In this document: positions 13,234 to 26,795 of the stretch, piece by piece
Layout: each line of letters opens with the position of its first letter
How positions within the stretch are numbered: position 1 is the first letter of the stretch
Source: Octopus sinensis
Taxonomy: Eukaryota
Assembly: GCF_006345805.1 (NCBI RefSeq)
Contig: NC_042998.1
Coordinates: forward strand, 145,638,001-145,702,000
Length of the DNA: 64,000 nt
Direction: 5' to 3'
Notes under the pieces: model-generated
Seen by the model: the letters and a program-made list of their open reading frames with translations, nothing else
Told to the model about the DNA's origin: nothing
Database searches by the model: none
Program-made: the position numbers and the translations under genes

Positions 13234-13992
13234 GTGCGTGTAGTGTTCATTGGTGGAACGAATGAATACGTATATATAGATATATAAATATATATATGCA
13301 TATGTATATTATATGTTATATATATATATATATATTATATATGTATAATGTCTATTATGATGTGTGATATATATAATGTCTACGGTTCTTTTATTTAAAT
13401 TTTATAAATTAAATATCATCAAACATATTTGCCTGCTACCTCCCTTTTACGAATATACAATGTTACAACTGACCAAGTGGAAAATGTATAGATTAGAACT
13501 GAATCGAATTAGACATATTTCCGCCATCACACTTGGTTTTGCCCTATGCTTAAAGCTTTAGCTAAGAAAACTACCCCCTCCCCACAACAAACACACGCAC
13601 AATTTCCATAGAAATTCAACTGCGGTAACAGTATTTCGTTGGTAGGTTGCCAAAACGAGGGGTTTGTAGACAACTAATTGGATGTTTATTCTATTACGTT
13701 CACAGTTCGAATTGTGCAGCCATCTTTTCTGCGACCAGTTTATAAACTTTATCGACAGGTTCCATTATAGAAGTTCTAATGAAGCGAAGAATAAACAAAC
13801 TTAATTTCTATTCATGATTTCAGAAGAGACATAACGCATTTAGAGAATCTACTTTTGTCTTTCTCGTGTTTCATTTCCGACTTCAGTGTTCGATTTTCAC
13901 TGATGTCATTATTTTGCATTTTGCTCCTTATATGCGGATTTTATAAAACTATATTCTGCGCACACACACACGCACACACGCACGCACACATA

Positions 13993-14029
<37 letters not shown>

Positions 14030-14080
14030 TTATATATATATATATATATATATTAATGCATGTTTTTATGTTCAGTTATA

Positions 14081-14478
14081 ATCCTTTCTACTAGAGGTAA
14101 AAAGGCCTGAAATTTGGGGGAAGGGGATAGTCAATTACATCGACCCCAGTGTTTCACTGGTACTTAATTTATTGACCTCGAAAGGATGAAAGGTAAAGTC
14201 GATCTCGGCGGAATTTGAACTCAGAACGTAGCGGCAGACGAAATACCTATTTCTTTACTACCCACAAGGGGCTAAACACAGAGAGGACAAACAAGGACAG
14301 ACAAACGGATTAAGTCGATTATATCGACTCCAGTGCGCAACTGGTACTTATTTAATCGACCCCGAAAGGATGAAAGGCAAAGTTGACCTCGGCGGAATTT
14401 GAACTCAGAACGTAGTGGCAGACGAAATACCGCAAAGCATTTCGCCCGGCGTGCTAACGATTCTGCCAGCTCGCCGCC
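14081..14478 (-). mobile_element. tRNA-derived SINE composite: complete copy joined to a headless copy with a different tail
   Basis: Head ggcggcgagctggcagaatcgttagc (A box-like) and gagttcaaattcc (B box). Internal junction aaagaaatag|gtatttcgtctgcc at ~14247. Confidence 0.9.
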
Positions 14479-14675
14479 TTTATTCAGTTATAATAAAAAC
14501 AATTTTACATTGATTTTGCAGGGGCACTCTATAGTTTTGTTTCGTGCAAAATTGTTATTTTTAAAGAAGACTGTTGTTGCCTGTGACTTCGAAGTTTCTG
14601 CCAGCCCGATAATGGTTTGGCTGGCTGAAACTTCGACGTCTCAGTCAACAATTTTTTTGTTTGAGAATAATATAT

Positions 14676-14786
<111 letters not shown>

Positions 14787-14820
14787 TTATATATATATAT
14801 ATATATGTAAAAGTAATATG

Positions 14821-15130
14821 TGACAATTATTCGGTAGCCAAGATAAAACTCCGAGTTTCGGATGCCGAGGTGGAAATCCAAGCTACCATCTCTTCGGTTA
14901 TCCAAGCTACCATCTCTTCGGTTATCCGGCCATTGCAAAAACGCTATGAAAAATGACCGTTATACAAAGAGAAGTTACTGTGTTATTGACCGCTATTAAG
15001 ACAAAAGAGCTATTCGAAATACCGCTAAGTAAGGTAAGGGGGTAAAAAGTTCATAGTATTCGCGTAAGCGCGCCTGTTCATACCTACACATGTGCGCCCG
15101 CACACCCACTTGCGTGCGCATACATTCTTC
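14821..15130 (-). mobile_element. Probable Penelope-type terminal-repeat-like segment
   Basis: Non-coding, inserted next to (TA)n and carrying a hammerhead-like motif at its distal end. The Penelope link is inferred from that association. Confidence 0.45.
14841..14903 (-). ncRNA. Variant type I hammerhead motif (CCGAAGA core)
   Basis: ggataa-CCGAAGA-gatg..catcc-GAA-ACTC g GAGT-T-ttatct. It has a 6-bp helix I, helix III ACTC/GAGT, a GUU site, a U4C change and an extra C at the base of helix II. Confidence 0.55.
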
Positions 15131-15344
15131 CACCCTCTCTAGAAATACGTACACATCTTCACTCGCATCCTTCGCCAAATGTATATGCATATACATCCAA
15201 ACCCACACACACGCCCGCACCGTAAAAGTTCATACATACGTCTACATACGCACAAGCACAAGAAAAAACAGAATTAAGGGTAAAAATACAGAAAAAAGCA
15301 TAAGGGAGTATACAAAGAGTAAACCACGTTTATATACGAACAAG

Positions 15345-15575
15345 GGCGGCGAGCTGGCAAAAACGTTAGCGCGCCAGGCAAAATGCTTAGCAGTATTTCG
15401 TCTGCCGTTACGTTCTGAGTTCAAATTCCGCCGAGGTCGACTTTGCCTTTCATCCTTTCAGGGTCGATAAATAAAGTACCAGTTTCCCACTGGGGTCGAT
15501 GTAATCGACTTAATCCCTTAGTCTGTCCTTGTTTGTCCCGTCTATGTTTAGCCCATTGTGGGTAATGAAGAAATA
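15345..15575 (+). mobile_element. tRNA-derived SINE (ggcggcgagctggc family)
   Basis: A/B-box head, and tail ..gtgggtaatgaagaaata. Confidence 0.9.
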
Positions 15576-15823
15576 TATATACGCACATATCCTTATGCAC
15601 GCACACACACACGCCCATATATGCACATACCCGCACACGTCTATATACGCATATACACACGCACACACCGTTTTTATCAATATATATACATATATATAGG
15701 TACAAAATATTCAGGGTGAATACTTGATAACTGTAAGCACCTGTATATGCCAGTTAGTGGTGTACGTGATAGGGTATATTTATCAAAAGAAAAATCCTTT
15801 GCATCCTGTTTTTCTTTTGATAA

Positions 15824-15868
<45 letters not shown>

Positions 15869-15975
15869 GCTCACACGTGCCATCGTCCATCTTTCTTTTC
15901 CTTACGTGACCTTCTTTCTTTTCCTGCACGGACGTTCTAAGGACTGTACGTCTCTTATATATATATAATATATAT

Positions 15976-16044
<69 letters not shown>

Positions 16045-16486
16045 TATATATATATATCTTTTCTATCTTTTCTCTTTTCAAAGAAAATATTTCTATCAGC
16101 GTTCGCAATTTTACCCTCGTTGTGGACTAATGACCTTCCATGTTTGTTTTCGCTCGGTTTCCTTGTATGTCTTCACTGTCCTGTTTATGTTTCCAACTTT
16201 GAGTCTCCATAAATCCCAAATTTTATTTTGGTACTTATGAGAGCAGCTGTCTTCGAAGACTCATATTGTCGCTGATTGCTCGAAATGTGGAGTAGATAGA
16301 CAGCCGACAACTGATGAACACTCGTTCTTTGTATTTTTTGAATTACTTATCCTGTTTTCCTTTTTTGTTTCCTTCTTTGCGTATTTAACTCATTTGTGTT
16401 CGTATTTCATATTGTTTACTGTTGGTGACGACCTATACCCATATGTGCCTATATATATTTTTTTTTCTCTTTTACTCTTTTACTTG

Positions 16487-16689
16487 TTTCAGTCATTTGA
16501 CTGCGGCCATACTGGAGCACCGCCTTTAGTCGAGCAAATCGACCCCGGCACTTATTCTTTGTAAGCCCAGTACTTATTCTATCGTTCTCTTTTGCCGAGC
16601 CGCTAATTGACGAGGACGTAAACACACCAGCATCGGTTGTCAAGCAATGCTAGAGGGACAAACACAGACACAAAAACATATACACACAC

Positions 16690-16753
<64 letters not shown>

Positions 16754-16785
16754 GACAGGCTTCTTTCAGTTTCCGCCGTCTAATA
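16487..16785 (-). mobile_element. CORE-like SINE, central and 3' part
   Basis: Reverse complement matches 22150-22438, including ggtgctccagtatggccgcagtcaaatgactgaaac. Confidence 0.85.
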
Positions 16786-16836
16786 TATATTATATATATA
16801 TATATATATATATTTATTATTATTATTATTATTGTT

Positions 16837-16869
<33 letters not shown>

Positions 16870-17214
16870 AATATTTTGGACTAACATATATAAGTCGATT
16901 AGTGTGTTTACTTAATATATGTGTGTGAGAGTGTGCGCTTTAAATGATACTTTTTAAAGCCAAATCAATGCAAGTTATAAACAGGTAGATTGTTTGTACT
17001 TTTACCCTGATATTTCAGGGTAAGTGATCATTTGTCGGGAAATTTTAGAAGAAAAAATTTTAGCTACCTGCCCTACCAATTAACTGTTATGTATGTATGT
17101 ATGTATGTATGTATGTATGTATGTATGTATGTATGTATGTATGTATGTATACGTGTATATTTGTATGTTTTGTTTCATGTATCTTCTCATGCATATACTT
17201 GCATATCTAGACAT

Positions 17215-18065
17215 GCTCGTATATACTTAAATGATAAACATCTGGAAAGTTTTACAGATTTTTACAGTTACAGTGATGGATTGGATCTGTAGTTTCGAAT
17301 CAGCTTTCTCCTTTCTGGTTTTGTGAAGCTTAATTTCTTAACAATGGTATTTAGGCAGTGTGTTACATATCCCAGTACCCTAATAGTTACAGGTATGAAC
17401 CTGAACTTGTACTCTGCAGATTTCTCAATAGTTCAGCAGAGGAGTTCTCTTTTTAACTTTATGTTAACATCCGCTGGGCAGCTAATTTCCACAACTGTTC
17501 ACAGTTTCTCTTCTCTATCCCAAATCATTATATCAGGTCTGTTGCGTTTGCATTTTATTGAGGTTTTCACTGGAACATTCCACCAGCACTCCTTCTTATC
17601 ATGAGTAGTTATGGTTTTTACCATACTGTGGGTTATTTCTTTGTCCTTGGAGTTATCCTTCCGACGGATTTCATTATTTAGTGTTCTAGCTACAACATCA
17701 TGTCTCGCCGGTAGAAAATACAGTGATAACGTTTTCGGACAACTGTTTATGATGTAATCTTCGAATTTAACTCCACAAAGTCTGCTTCGGTTGTCACATT
17801 TTACTGCTTTTCCTGCATCTCTGTCCTTTTTGTGCATCAGGTATTTGGTTGATATTTTCTGTTGATGGATTGCAAACGCATGCCCTTCAAAATGGAAGGT
17901 AGTAATCCGGTTGTTGGTCCATGATAGACTGCTTTGATGATCAATGTTGCTATCTTCTCTGAGCTTTTTACAAACATATCCAGGCATGGTCTTCTGCTCA
18001 TATATGCTGATCCTTTCATCTGATGATAAGTTGTGGCAGAGTCGTGCGACTTCTTTGGGCGTGTA
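17215..18065 (-). mobile_element. 5'-truncated R4/Dong-like non-LTR element (zinc knuckle and restriction-like endonuclease), degenerate
   Basis: ORF 17499-17987 has RLC..YIINSC, RHD and RPDIMIWD, and continues VEISCP..FIPV. Both flanks are (TACA)n-type tracts. Confidence 0.85.
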
Positions 18066-18799
18066 TTTAGGTATTTACGTATGTATGCATGCATGTATGT
18101 ATGTATACATGCTACGTATGTATGCATGTAGGCATATATGTATGTAGACCCACACATCAGAAGATATGTGTATACATTTCCATTAATTTATTTCTCTTTC
18201 TCGATTCGTCCATTGATCCGTCCCTCACATCTCTCCGTCCTTCCCTCCACTGATCAATGCATTCATCTATCCATCCATGTATATCCATCCACGCATCTTC
18301 ATGCAATCTGGTGTTTTACAGTGCAAATCGACTTTTCTCCCTGTCGGCAATCAAATACGCGCATAGACGCACAAACGTCCATATCCATAAACAGACACGC
18401 ACGCACGCACGCACGCACACTCAATCACACACACACACACACACACACACACAACACACACACACACAAGCACACACAAACACATACACACATGCTTATA
18501 CTGTGACATAAATTACTCGCACACAGACAATCCCAATCAGAGATATACATTCATAAACACGAACCAAGCACCACACACACACGCGCACACACATACACAC
18601 ACACACTCACACACACAGATACATGCTCGCGCGCAAAGACACACGTACGCGGCTTTTCTGCACTTCCTCGCTTACCATCCCCACATGCACAACGCAAAAT
18701 GAAGTCACTGATACTAAAAACAAGTGCAGTTCCCAGAAGAATTCTGGCTAACTACAGCACACCATCACAAAAGGCCTCACAAGCAGATAGTTTGGTGAA

Positions 18800-19430
18800 T
18801 AAATGATGGTGGCGGCATCTCTGATGGTGGGGATGGTGGTGTGACATGAGACGTTCGTGGTGGAGATAATGGAAGCATTAGTTAGTGTTGGTGTTGGTGG
18901 TCATTGTGATAATGGTGGTGGTGATGATAGTGGTGGTAATGTTCGTAATGGTAAAGGTGGAGGTGGTGGTAATGGAGGTGGTGGTGGTATTGATGGAGGT
19001 GATGGTGGTGATGATGGTGTCGGTGGTGTTGGTGTTGGAGATGATGGTGTCGGTGGTGTTGGTGTTGGTGTTGTTGTTAGTGGTGGTAATGGTGGTGGTG
19101 GAGATAGAGGAAGTGGTTGTGATGGTAGTGAGAGTGGTGGTGATAATAGAAGTGGTGGAGGTGGTAATGGTGGTGTTGGTGGTGAGGGTGTTGGCAGTGA
19201 AGATGGCGGTGGTATTGGTGATGGTGATGGTTTTAGTGTTGTTAGTGGTGGCGACGGTCGTGGATTTGGTTGTAGAATTGATTGAAGTTGTCTGTGTTAG
19301 TGGCGGTGATAGTAGTCACCGTAGAGATGATGGTGGTGGTGATGGTAGGTGGCAAACGGTGGACATAGGAGTAGTAATGTGGTGGTTGCATTGGCGGTAG
19401 TGTTAGTGGAGGCAGTTTATTGATTGTTAT
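18800..19430. repeat. GGT/GAT low-complexity tract
   Basis: Direct reading. The Gly- or Val-rich ORFs are compositional. Confidence 0.85.
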
Positions 19431-20144
19431 CGAAGAAAACTCGTTCGCCATTTTGATTCCTCATCACACTGCTTCCCGCCAAAGAAGGATTTGACTCTCC
19501 CCTACCACAATCCCCTCATCGATCTCTGACTACGCACTAGTACGATCCCACCACCGCCACAACCACCATCACCACCCTTTATACACCAATCCAGATGTAA
19601 TGAATCACCTGCTACAGATTAGAAATCTAACAGGAAAAGAGGGGTAGGAGGAGATCTGAGAAAGAGAGACAGATATGAAGGAACATAAAGACAGGGTCCA
19701 GTGAAAGAGACGGGAAAAGAATAAAGGATTTTATGGCGTGTTATTTGGCTAGGTTTGTAATATATATTTGGGCGGGTGTGTATTTATGTATGTATGTATG
19801 TGTGTGTGTGTATGTATGTGTGTATGTATGTGTTTTTGAATGTGTGCCTGTAAATTTGTGTGTGTATTGTGTGATTGTGTATACATTTCATGTGTGTATT
19901 TGGGTGTGTTTGTACGCATATGAATTTGCGTGTGTTTGATCTGCATCTTGTAACGTGACATGGAGTTCCCAAACCATTGAAGTGAAACTTAAGGAGATAT
20001 TTGACAATAGTGGTGCTTACCTGGATCCCATTGCACTCACACACACGTTCATGCGCACACACATGCACAAACACACATTCACACACACACACACACACAC
20101 ACAAACAGACACCCACACACGCACGCATGCATACACAAATAATA

Positions 20145-20880
20145 TTAGGTTGTCAAAAAAGTTCTTGCGGTTTTTAACCTTTAAATTCAGATGCACATAT
20201 CTCGGCTCAAACAAAACTTTATTAATCTAAATAAACACCATCAGAATCAACACACTTTTGCCAACGCGAAACAAGTTTATTTATGCCAGTAGCGAAAAAA
20301 TCCTGCGTTCTGGTGCCGATGAAGTCGTTGAAGGCGTGTTTGACATCGTCTTGGTCTTTGAAGCATTTCTCACGCAGGAAGTTGTCGAGATGCTTGAAAA
20401 AGTCGTTGTCGGTAGGTCTGGTGAGTATGGCGGATGAGGCAGAGTTTTGTAGCTCAATTCGTTCAACTTCTGCAGGGTCAGTTGTGCGACGTGCGGCCGA
20501 GTGTTGTTGTGAGAAGAATTGGTTCTTTTCTGGTGACCAATGTTGGCTGTTGTTGTCGGAGTTTCTTATGCAGTTCATCCATTTGCTGATAGTACTTCTC
20601 TGCCGTAATGGTTTTGCTTGGATCCAAAAAGCTGTGAGGGATGAGATCGGTCGCAGACCACCAAACAGTCACCATGACCTTCTTGTGGTGCAACTTTGGC
20701 TTCGGGAAGTGCTGTGGAGCTTCGTCGGCGTCCAACCTCTGAGCTGAGCGTCGCCAGTTGTCGTAAAGGAGGCACGGCTGTGAGGTTAAGACGCTCACTT
20801 TGTAGCTGCGTGGTTTGAGTTTCAGTTCCAATGCGTGCACCTTGGGCAACTGTGGTCTACTATCACTCCGAGTCGACCAA
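20145..20880 (-). mobile_element. Mariner (Hsmar1/cecropia-like) transposon, 5'-truncated and frameshifted
   Basis: PKPKLHHKKVMVTVWWS, HPPYSPDL, FKHLDNFL and GINKLVSRWQKCVDSDG are split over three frames. A TIR (ttaggttgtcaaaaaagttcttgcggttttt) follows TA at 20143-20144. Confidence 0.92.
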
Positions 20881-21620
20881 TACGTTATAATTAAATTTTG
20901 TAGACGGAAACTAAGTGGAAGCCTATATAAAGGTGTGTTTGTGAGTATGTTTTGTCACCCACACCATCGCTTGAGAATCGGTGCTAATTTGCTTACGTCC
21001 CTGTAACTTAACGATTCAGCAAAAGAGGCCGGTATAACATATACCAGGCTTTGGGGAAAAGAAGCATAATACTAGGATGCATTTGTTCGAATAAACACTT
21101 CAAGACCGTGCCCTAACAAGGTCGCAGTCCAATGACTGAAAGAATTGAAAGATAAATAATACAACGTTAAAGACTGTAAAGAAAAAGAAATCAGGAAGAG
21201 CCGAAACCGCAATTCGCTTCATTCAAAATTCGTTACTAATGATCTTGATGACAACGTTAACATCATAACAACTTAGTCCTCTTCCAAATTTAAAGTGTTG
21301 AATCTATATGGATTTTTATGCAAGCTTCTACGGAAATGGTAATGCATTTTTAGTATCAATAATGATGAGGGAAGTTTAAAGGAATATCTATATCGATCTT
21401 TTCATATCAATAAAAGAAACTCTGGAAAGAAAGCATATACTCTTTATTTTTCAATGACTCTAAATGGAAGGTCACATTTATATGCACACATACTCACACA
21501 TACAGGCATACATACATACATACATACATATATACATACATACATACATACATACACACATGCACACGCGCACGCATTTACAGAAATACACGTATATACA
21601 TATATGTATTATTATTATTA

Positions 21621-21666
<46 letters not shown>

Positions 21667-21677
21667 CATCATCATCA

Positions 21678-21747
<70 letters not shown>

Positions 21748-22024
21748 TAGCATTATTGCATACTTTCAGTGCATTAACGAGTGCAGCTCAGTGTGACTGG
21801 GTGCTTTTTTTCTTTACTACGTTGAAAGTACCCTACGTACTATGCGTGCGCTACCGAGCAGTGCTATTTTCTTTGTGGTATGCATATTTGTTACTTTAAA
21901 TCCTGGGAATTTTAGGTATTTGTTTGTATGCTTATTTTTTCCCTAAAGCACCTATTCATATCGGAACTGTTACTGATTCCAGATCCCATGTTCGGTTTAT
22001 CTCTATTTCCAGATCTTGATTATA

Positions 22025-22438
22025 GGCGCAGGAGTGGCTGTGTGGTAAGTAGCTTGCTTACCAACCACATGGTTCCGGGTTCATTCCCACTACGTGACGC
22101 CTTGGGCAAGTGTCTTCTACTATAGCCTCAGGCCGACCAAAGCCTTGTGAGGAGATTTAGTAGACGGAAACTGAAAGAAGCTCGTCGTATATATGTATAT
22201 ATATATATATATATATGTATGTGTGAGTATATGTTTGTGTGTCTCTGTTTGTCTCCCCAACATCGCTTGACAACCGATGCTGGTGTGTTTACGTTCCCGT
22301 AACTTAGCGGTTCGTCCTAAGAGCCCGATAGAATAAGTACTAGGCTTCCAAAGAATAAGTCCTGGGGTCGATTTGCTTGACTAAAAGGCGTTGCTCCAGC
22401 ATGGCCGCAGTCAAATGACTGAAACAAGTAAAAGAGTA
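22025..22438 (+). mobile_element. Full-length tRNA-derived SINE with CORE-like centre
   Basis: Head gtggctgtgtggtaag..ggttcattccc, MIR/CORE-like ccttgggcaagt, an internal TA/TG tract, and tail ccagcatggccgcagtcaaatgactgaaacaagtaaaaga. Confidence 0.88.
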
Positions 22439-23399
22439 ATTTCGTTTAGAATAACGTTAAAATGTAAGAAGACTGATAAATTGATATAGAGACATTTCTT
22501 TTCCTGGTGGTCCTTAACAACAATATCCATAATCTTCCTGAATGTATGTATTAATATATCCCAGAGTATTGCTGGTCGTGGTATATGTTGACGCGTGTTA
22601 GAGGATTAGTAGCACTTACAGTTAAGACGCAGGGTTTGCGGTGGTCGGAAGGAAGTGTTAAAAAAACTATGGAAATGTAGGTTATTGGTATGTTTAAGTA
22701 GGTAGTTTTCTGATGTGTGATTGGCACTGGATGGCATAAATGTGCTAAGATATGGTAACAAGAAGAATGTTCCCTGAATATTATTGTTTCGAATGCTAGA
22801 ACTGATAGGTACCCGGTTTTCATGGCGTGTAAATGACCGAAATCATAAACTGAGATCATAACATAATCCTGAACGGGATGTTAGTCCATCGTAGGATTAC
22901 ACATTTATTGTTTGATCGAAGTGAAGCAATGTAAAATGAAGTGTTTTGCTTAAGAAACACAACGCGCTATCCTGTCCGTTAACTGAAACCTCGACCTTCT
23001 ATCGTAAGTACAGCACTCTAACCATTGAACCTCGCACTTTCCTCATAGCGAGACGAAACGAAATACAAATTGTCTGCGTCTGGGTTGGTAGTAAGAATGG
23101 TAAGATGGAGTGTTGACTGGAAAAACATCTGTTTGTTTTCGATTCTATAGAATTAGCAGTTTATTAATAGATGGAGATGAGTGATTGTCAGGTAGACAGA
23201 GAATAGGAGGGTGCTGAGTGGTTAGAGTTTAAAGGAAGTTGCCGGTCACTGGGCTTTGGCAGTTATGGAGTATGTTGCTTGGTGTGATAATCCAAACAAA
23301 ATATCTTTGTTGGATTGTGGATGGAGCAACAGCTGCAAACGTATGGAAGCATATGCGAACTATTTACACACAAAACTCACTCACTACTAAACATATAAA

Positions 23400-23738
23400 A
23401 TAAGTACAAACTTCTTTAGTCATGTATTCCAATGTGGTCTAATTTTATGATTTTTTTAAAAGTTTTTTTTTTTATATTTACGTATGAATTTCCTGCAGTT
23501 TAGAAGAGTAAATTTCCTAAATCCATGATCAGCGTTTGTGGACTTTCGTTGTATCATCTTCAGAATGATGTATGTTGGCGTTTGTCATAACTATTTTTAT
23601 AATAAAGTGCCCAATATGATTGGTATAGACACTACCACCGGAATTTGAATGTTGACTTTGAAATTTACACTTGAACAGTCAAATGCTTTGTTTGACAAGT
23701 CTGTGATCTTCGTTTGTTTATTTAATATTGTCATTTGT
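23400..23738 (-). mobile_element. Highly degenerate LINE reverse-transcriptase remnant
   Basis: The minus strand of 23641-23710 reads ITDLSNKAFD, resembling the RT motif DLSKAFD. It may belong to the element at 27350-28480. Confidence 0.35.
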
Positions 23739-23744
23739 CTCTAA

Positions 23745-23965
23745 GGCGGCGAGCTGGCAGAGACGTTAGCACGCCGGGCGAAATACGTAGCCGTATTTCG
23801 TCTGCCGCTACGTTGTGAGTTCAAATTCCGCCGAGGTCGACTTTACCTTTCATCCTTTCGGAGTCGATTAAATAAGTACCAGTTATGCATTGGGGTCGAT
23901 ATAATCGACTTAATCCGTTTGTTTGTCCTCTCTGTGTTTAGCCCCTTGTGGGTAGTAAAGAAATA
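23745..23965 (+). mobile_element. tRNA-derived SINE with a 15-bp target-site duplication
   Basis: Complete head to tail. aatattgtcatttgt occurs at 23724-23738 and 23966-23980. Confidence 0.93.
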
Positions 23966-25010
23966 AATATTGTCATTTGTTGTGATATTCTTTCCATCCT
24001 TGATCCATTAATTTTATAGGGAATTCAGTAGAGTTTAGTTATATAGTCTAAGAACGTTTTACTGCCTGATTTTGTATTGTGTTGAGTGGTGTAGAGCACA
24101 GTATTTACTTCTTACGTGGTGGACCGGCAGAGAAGGTCGATTAAGTAGTTGGTGTCGTGAAGTTAACGACTTTAATATTTGCAATGGAATAAATAATCCA
24201 CAGTAATTAGTAGCTTATACACACATTTACATAACTTGTGTTAGTCATTCGTGAGAAGGTTTTGGTACATTTGTATATTATTAATATTATAAGGGATGTA
24301 GAGTAATTCTGGGTTTTCTTTTATGGTTTGGTGTAATAAGGAACTCTATTTTGTGAGATTTTTATGAGATATTATATAACTATTCTATAGCTATATATTA
24401 AAATTCCAAATTAAGGGAGTGGAACAGGCAGAATCCAGGTTACATATTTTTCTTAGCTAACTGATCCTCTGATGTAATAATTACTCAATGCTGGATACTC
24501 AGTTAAGCTATTCATCAGGCCGAGGACACTTTTAACTTAGATATGGAGAAAAGTGTGTAACCTTCCACGCCAATAAATTGTTACTGTTCCTTATCATACA
24601 CTGTCAACATTTTGTTTTCTATACCTGTCACGGACTGCTTAAAGCTTACAAACTTCCTTCACTTGGATCCTTGGATCTTAAACATATATCATTAGTATAC
24701 ATTAGATTTATATAACACACTTTGCCTGTTGTTTATGTATTTCTTATAAGTGACGTATCTGAATAGATTTAGTACCACTCCCACTCGAGCAGTCTCCACT
24801 TCTTGTATTTCATGAGTTCACTCTGCTCACTTTGGTTCAATACTAACTACTTGCTCTGTACTCTACCAGAACTTTAGAAGTTTCCACGTATGCAATTGAT
24901 GTTTTTTTTTTGTATCCTTCAGCTTGCAAATGTCCGGGAGGGGCATTAACCTTATAGATCTTACCAATCTTCAAAAAGCCCGGACGCTAAACCAAACTTA
25001 GTAATAATAA

Positions 25011-25199
25011 TCCTTTCTACTATAGACACAAAACCTGAAATGTTAGGGGAGGGAGCAAGTCGATTACATCGACCCCAGTACTCAACTGGTACTTAATTTA
25101 TCGACCCCGAAAGGATGAAAGGCAAAGTCGACCTCGGTGGAATTTGAACCCAGAACTTAAAAACGGACGAAATGTTGCTAAACATTTTGCCCGGCGTGC

Positions 25200-25200
<1 letters not shown>
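25011..25200 (-). mobile_element. tRNA-derived SINE, second tail type, head truncated at (AGT)n
   Basis: Same body as the 14081 copy, with a tagaaaggattatt tail on the minus strand. Confidence 0.8.
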
Positions 25201-25273
<73 letters not shown>

Positions 25274-25718
25274 GGTGGTGGTGGTGGTGGTGGTAGTAGT
25301 AGTAGTAATAGTAGTAGTAGTAGTAGCGGCGACGGCAGCAGCGGTGGCGGCAACGGTGGCGACAACGGTGGCGGCAACGGTAGCAGCAGCGGCGGGGGTG
25401 GCGACAACGGTGGCGGCAACGGTGGCAGCAGCGGCGGGGGTGATGTTGTTATTGTTGTTGTTGATGATGATGATGATGTTTGTAACCTGAAAGAAAGTAA
25501 ATACGATGAACCAGTTGCTCTACACAGTTCCTATCATCTTGCTAAACTTTTTGATTTCAGACATTAATTCAGTTCTTTCTACGTAAATAGAATATAAATT
25601 ATTTATTTTATCTTTTATATTTTATCTCTTTTGTTTATTTATTTTCTTTCCCGTGTGTTCTGTTTTTTTTTTACGTAAAACTACGATTAATTTCAAAGTC
25701 AAGTTCTTGGAATGACTA

Positions 25719-25761
<43 letters not shown>

Positions 25762-26489
25762 TTATATTCAGGAGTTTTTTTTTTAATGAATTTCTAAGAA
25801 TAGGTAATTATTTCATTCATCCTTTTTATCTATTTTTGAATTTCAGAATTTTATTATTCTTTTTGATTTTCGTGTTCATTTTGCTGCTTATCACAGAGTT
25901 AAATGGTTCACTTTCATTAACCATTTCTTCTGTAGGTGGCACTTTAAAATCTTATATATTTATGTTTTTACTTTTGTCTTTTATTGAGTGATTTTTAAAT
26001 ACGAAATTATACAAATTGATTCAGAATGCTTCACATTTTAATTTTTTTTAAATCACAGAGCGCTCTAGATAATTCTTATAGAATTGTTCTTGGAATGAAT
26101 ATGGAACGCGCTGCCTCTAATTTATGCAAGAATTATTTCTAACTTAAACGCAAGGACAATTGCTCTGAAGGAATAGTTTTGTGGATTCCATACATACACC
26201 GCTCGTTTTATCGGCAATGAAGAAATAAATGACAATTTTTTCCAGTGAGATTTCAATCACAACCGAATATTGAATCACACTACATACACACAGCTAAAAT
26301 ACTCAATTAAGAGAAGGTAACTCCATACAAATAGTGCACCCCGATAACTACAGGGCTTGTGGTACTTGTTGCACCAGATCAAAGTTTGAAGGGAGAGTGT
26401 GGGAATGGCTCTGCTTAAACCATACCCATAATAATAATGATAATAATAATAGTAATAATAATAATAATAATAATAATATAATAATAATA

Positions 26490-26524
<35 letters not shown>

Positions 26525-26525
26525 T

Positions 26526-26795
26526 ATGAGAATGATCCCTGGCTTACCATCCCTACAAGAAGTGCAAAAGATTGTCTTAACTGGTACATCACACGTATTG
26601 AGAAGAGCATTGTCGATGTGAGAACTGTTGCTGCTCATGTATTTTAATTTAACTTAAAAAAATAAAAAATAAAAAAAATGAACGAACTATTGAGTTTGGT
26701 TTAATGGCCTACCAATGTATACTATGAGTTTCTTTGCCCTAGGATTCGGGAAGACACTCGGCAAGAAATGGAAGCAAATTTGAAAGAAGAAAAAA
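26526..26795 (+). mobile_element. Extreme 3' fragment of an R4/Dong-like element inside (TAA)n
   Basis: MRMIPGLPSLQEVQKIVLTGTSHVLRRALSM* aligns with the C-terminus of 46082-47323 (PGLTNTYNIQKIALLGTAHILPRTLS). (AAT)n lies on both sides. Confidence 0.8.

Noticed and set aside
16240-16330. Hammerhead-like pieces (gctgtct/agacagc helix, TCGAAGA, GAAA, and a separate CTGATGA)
   Set aside because: The core is altered, helix II does not pair and no NUH site is in register. At most a decayed relic.
18857-19400. Long Gly-, Val-, His-, Ile/Tyr- or Met-rich ORFs here and at 4757, 25172, 47244, 48189 and elsewhere
   Set aside because: These are translations of simple repeats that lack stop codons.
19242-19490. 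YY1-like (aaaatggcg) and E2F-like (ttcccgccaaa) motifs next to the ORF MANEFSS..
   Set aside because: Short motifs are expected by chance, the ORF runs into low-complexity sequence, and there is no CpG-rich promoter context.
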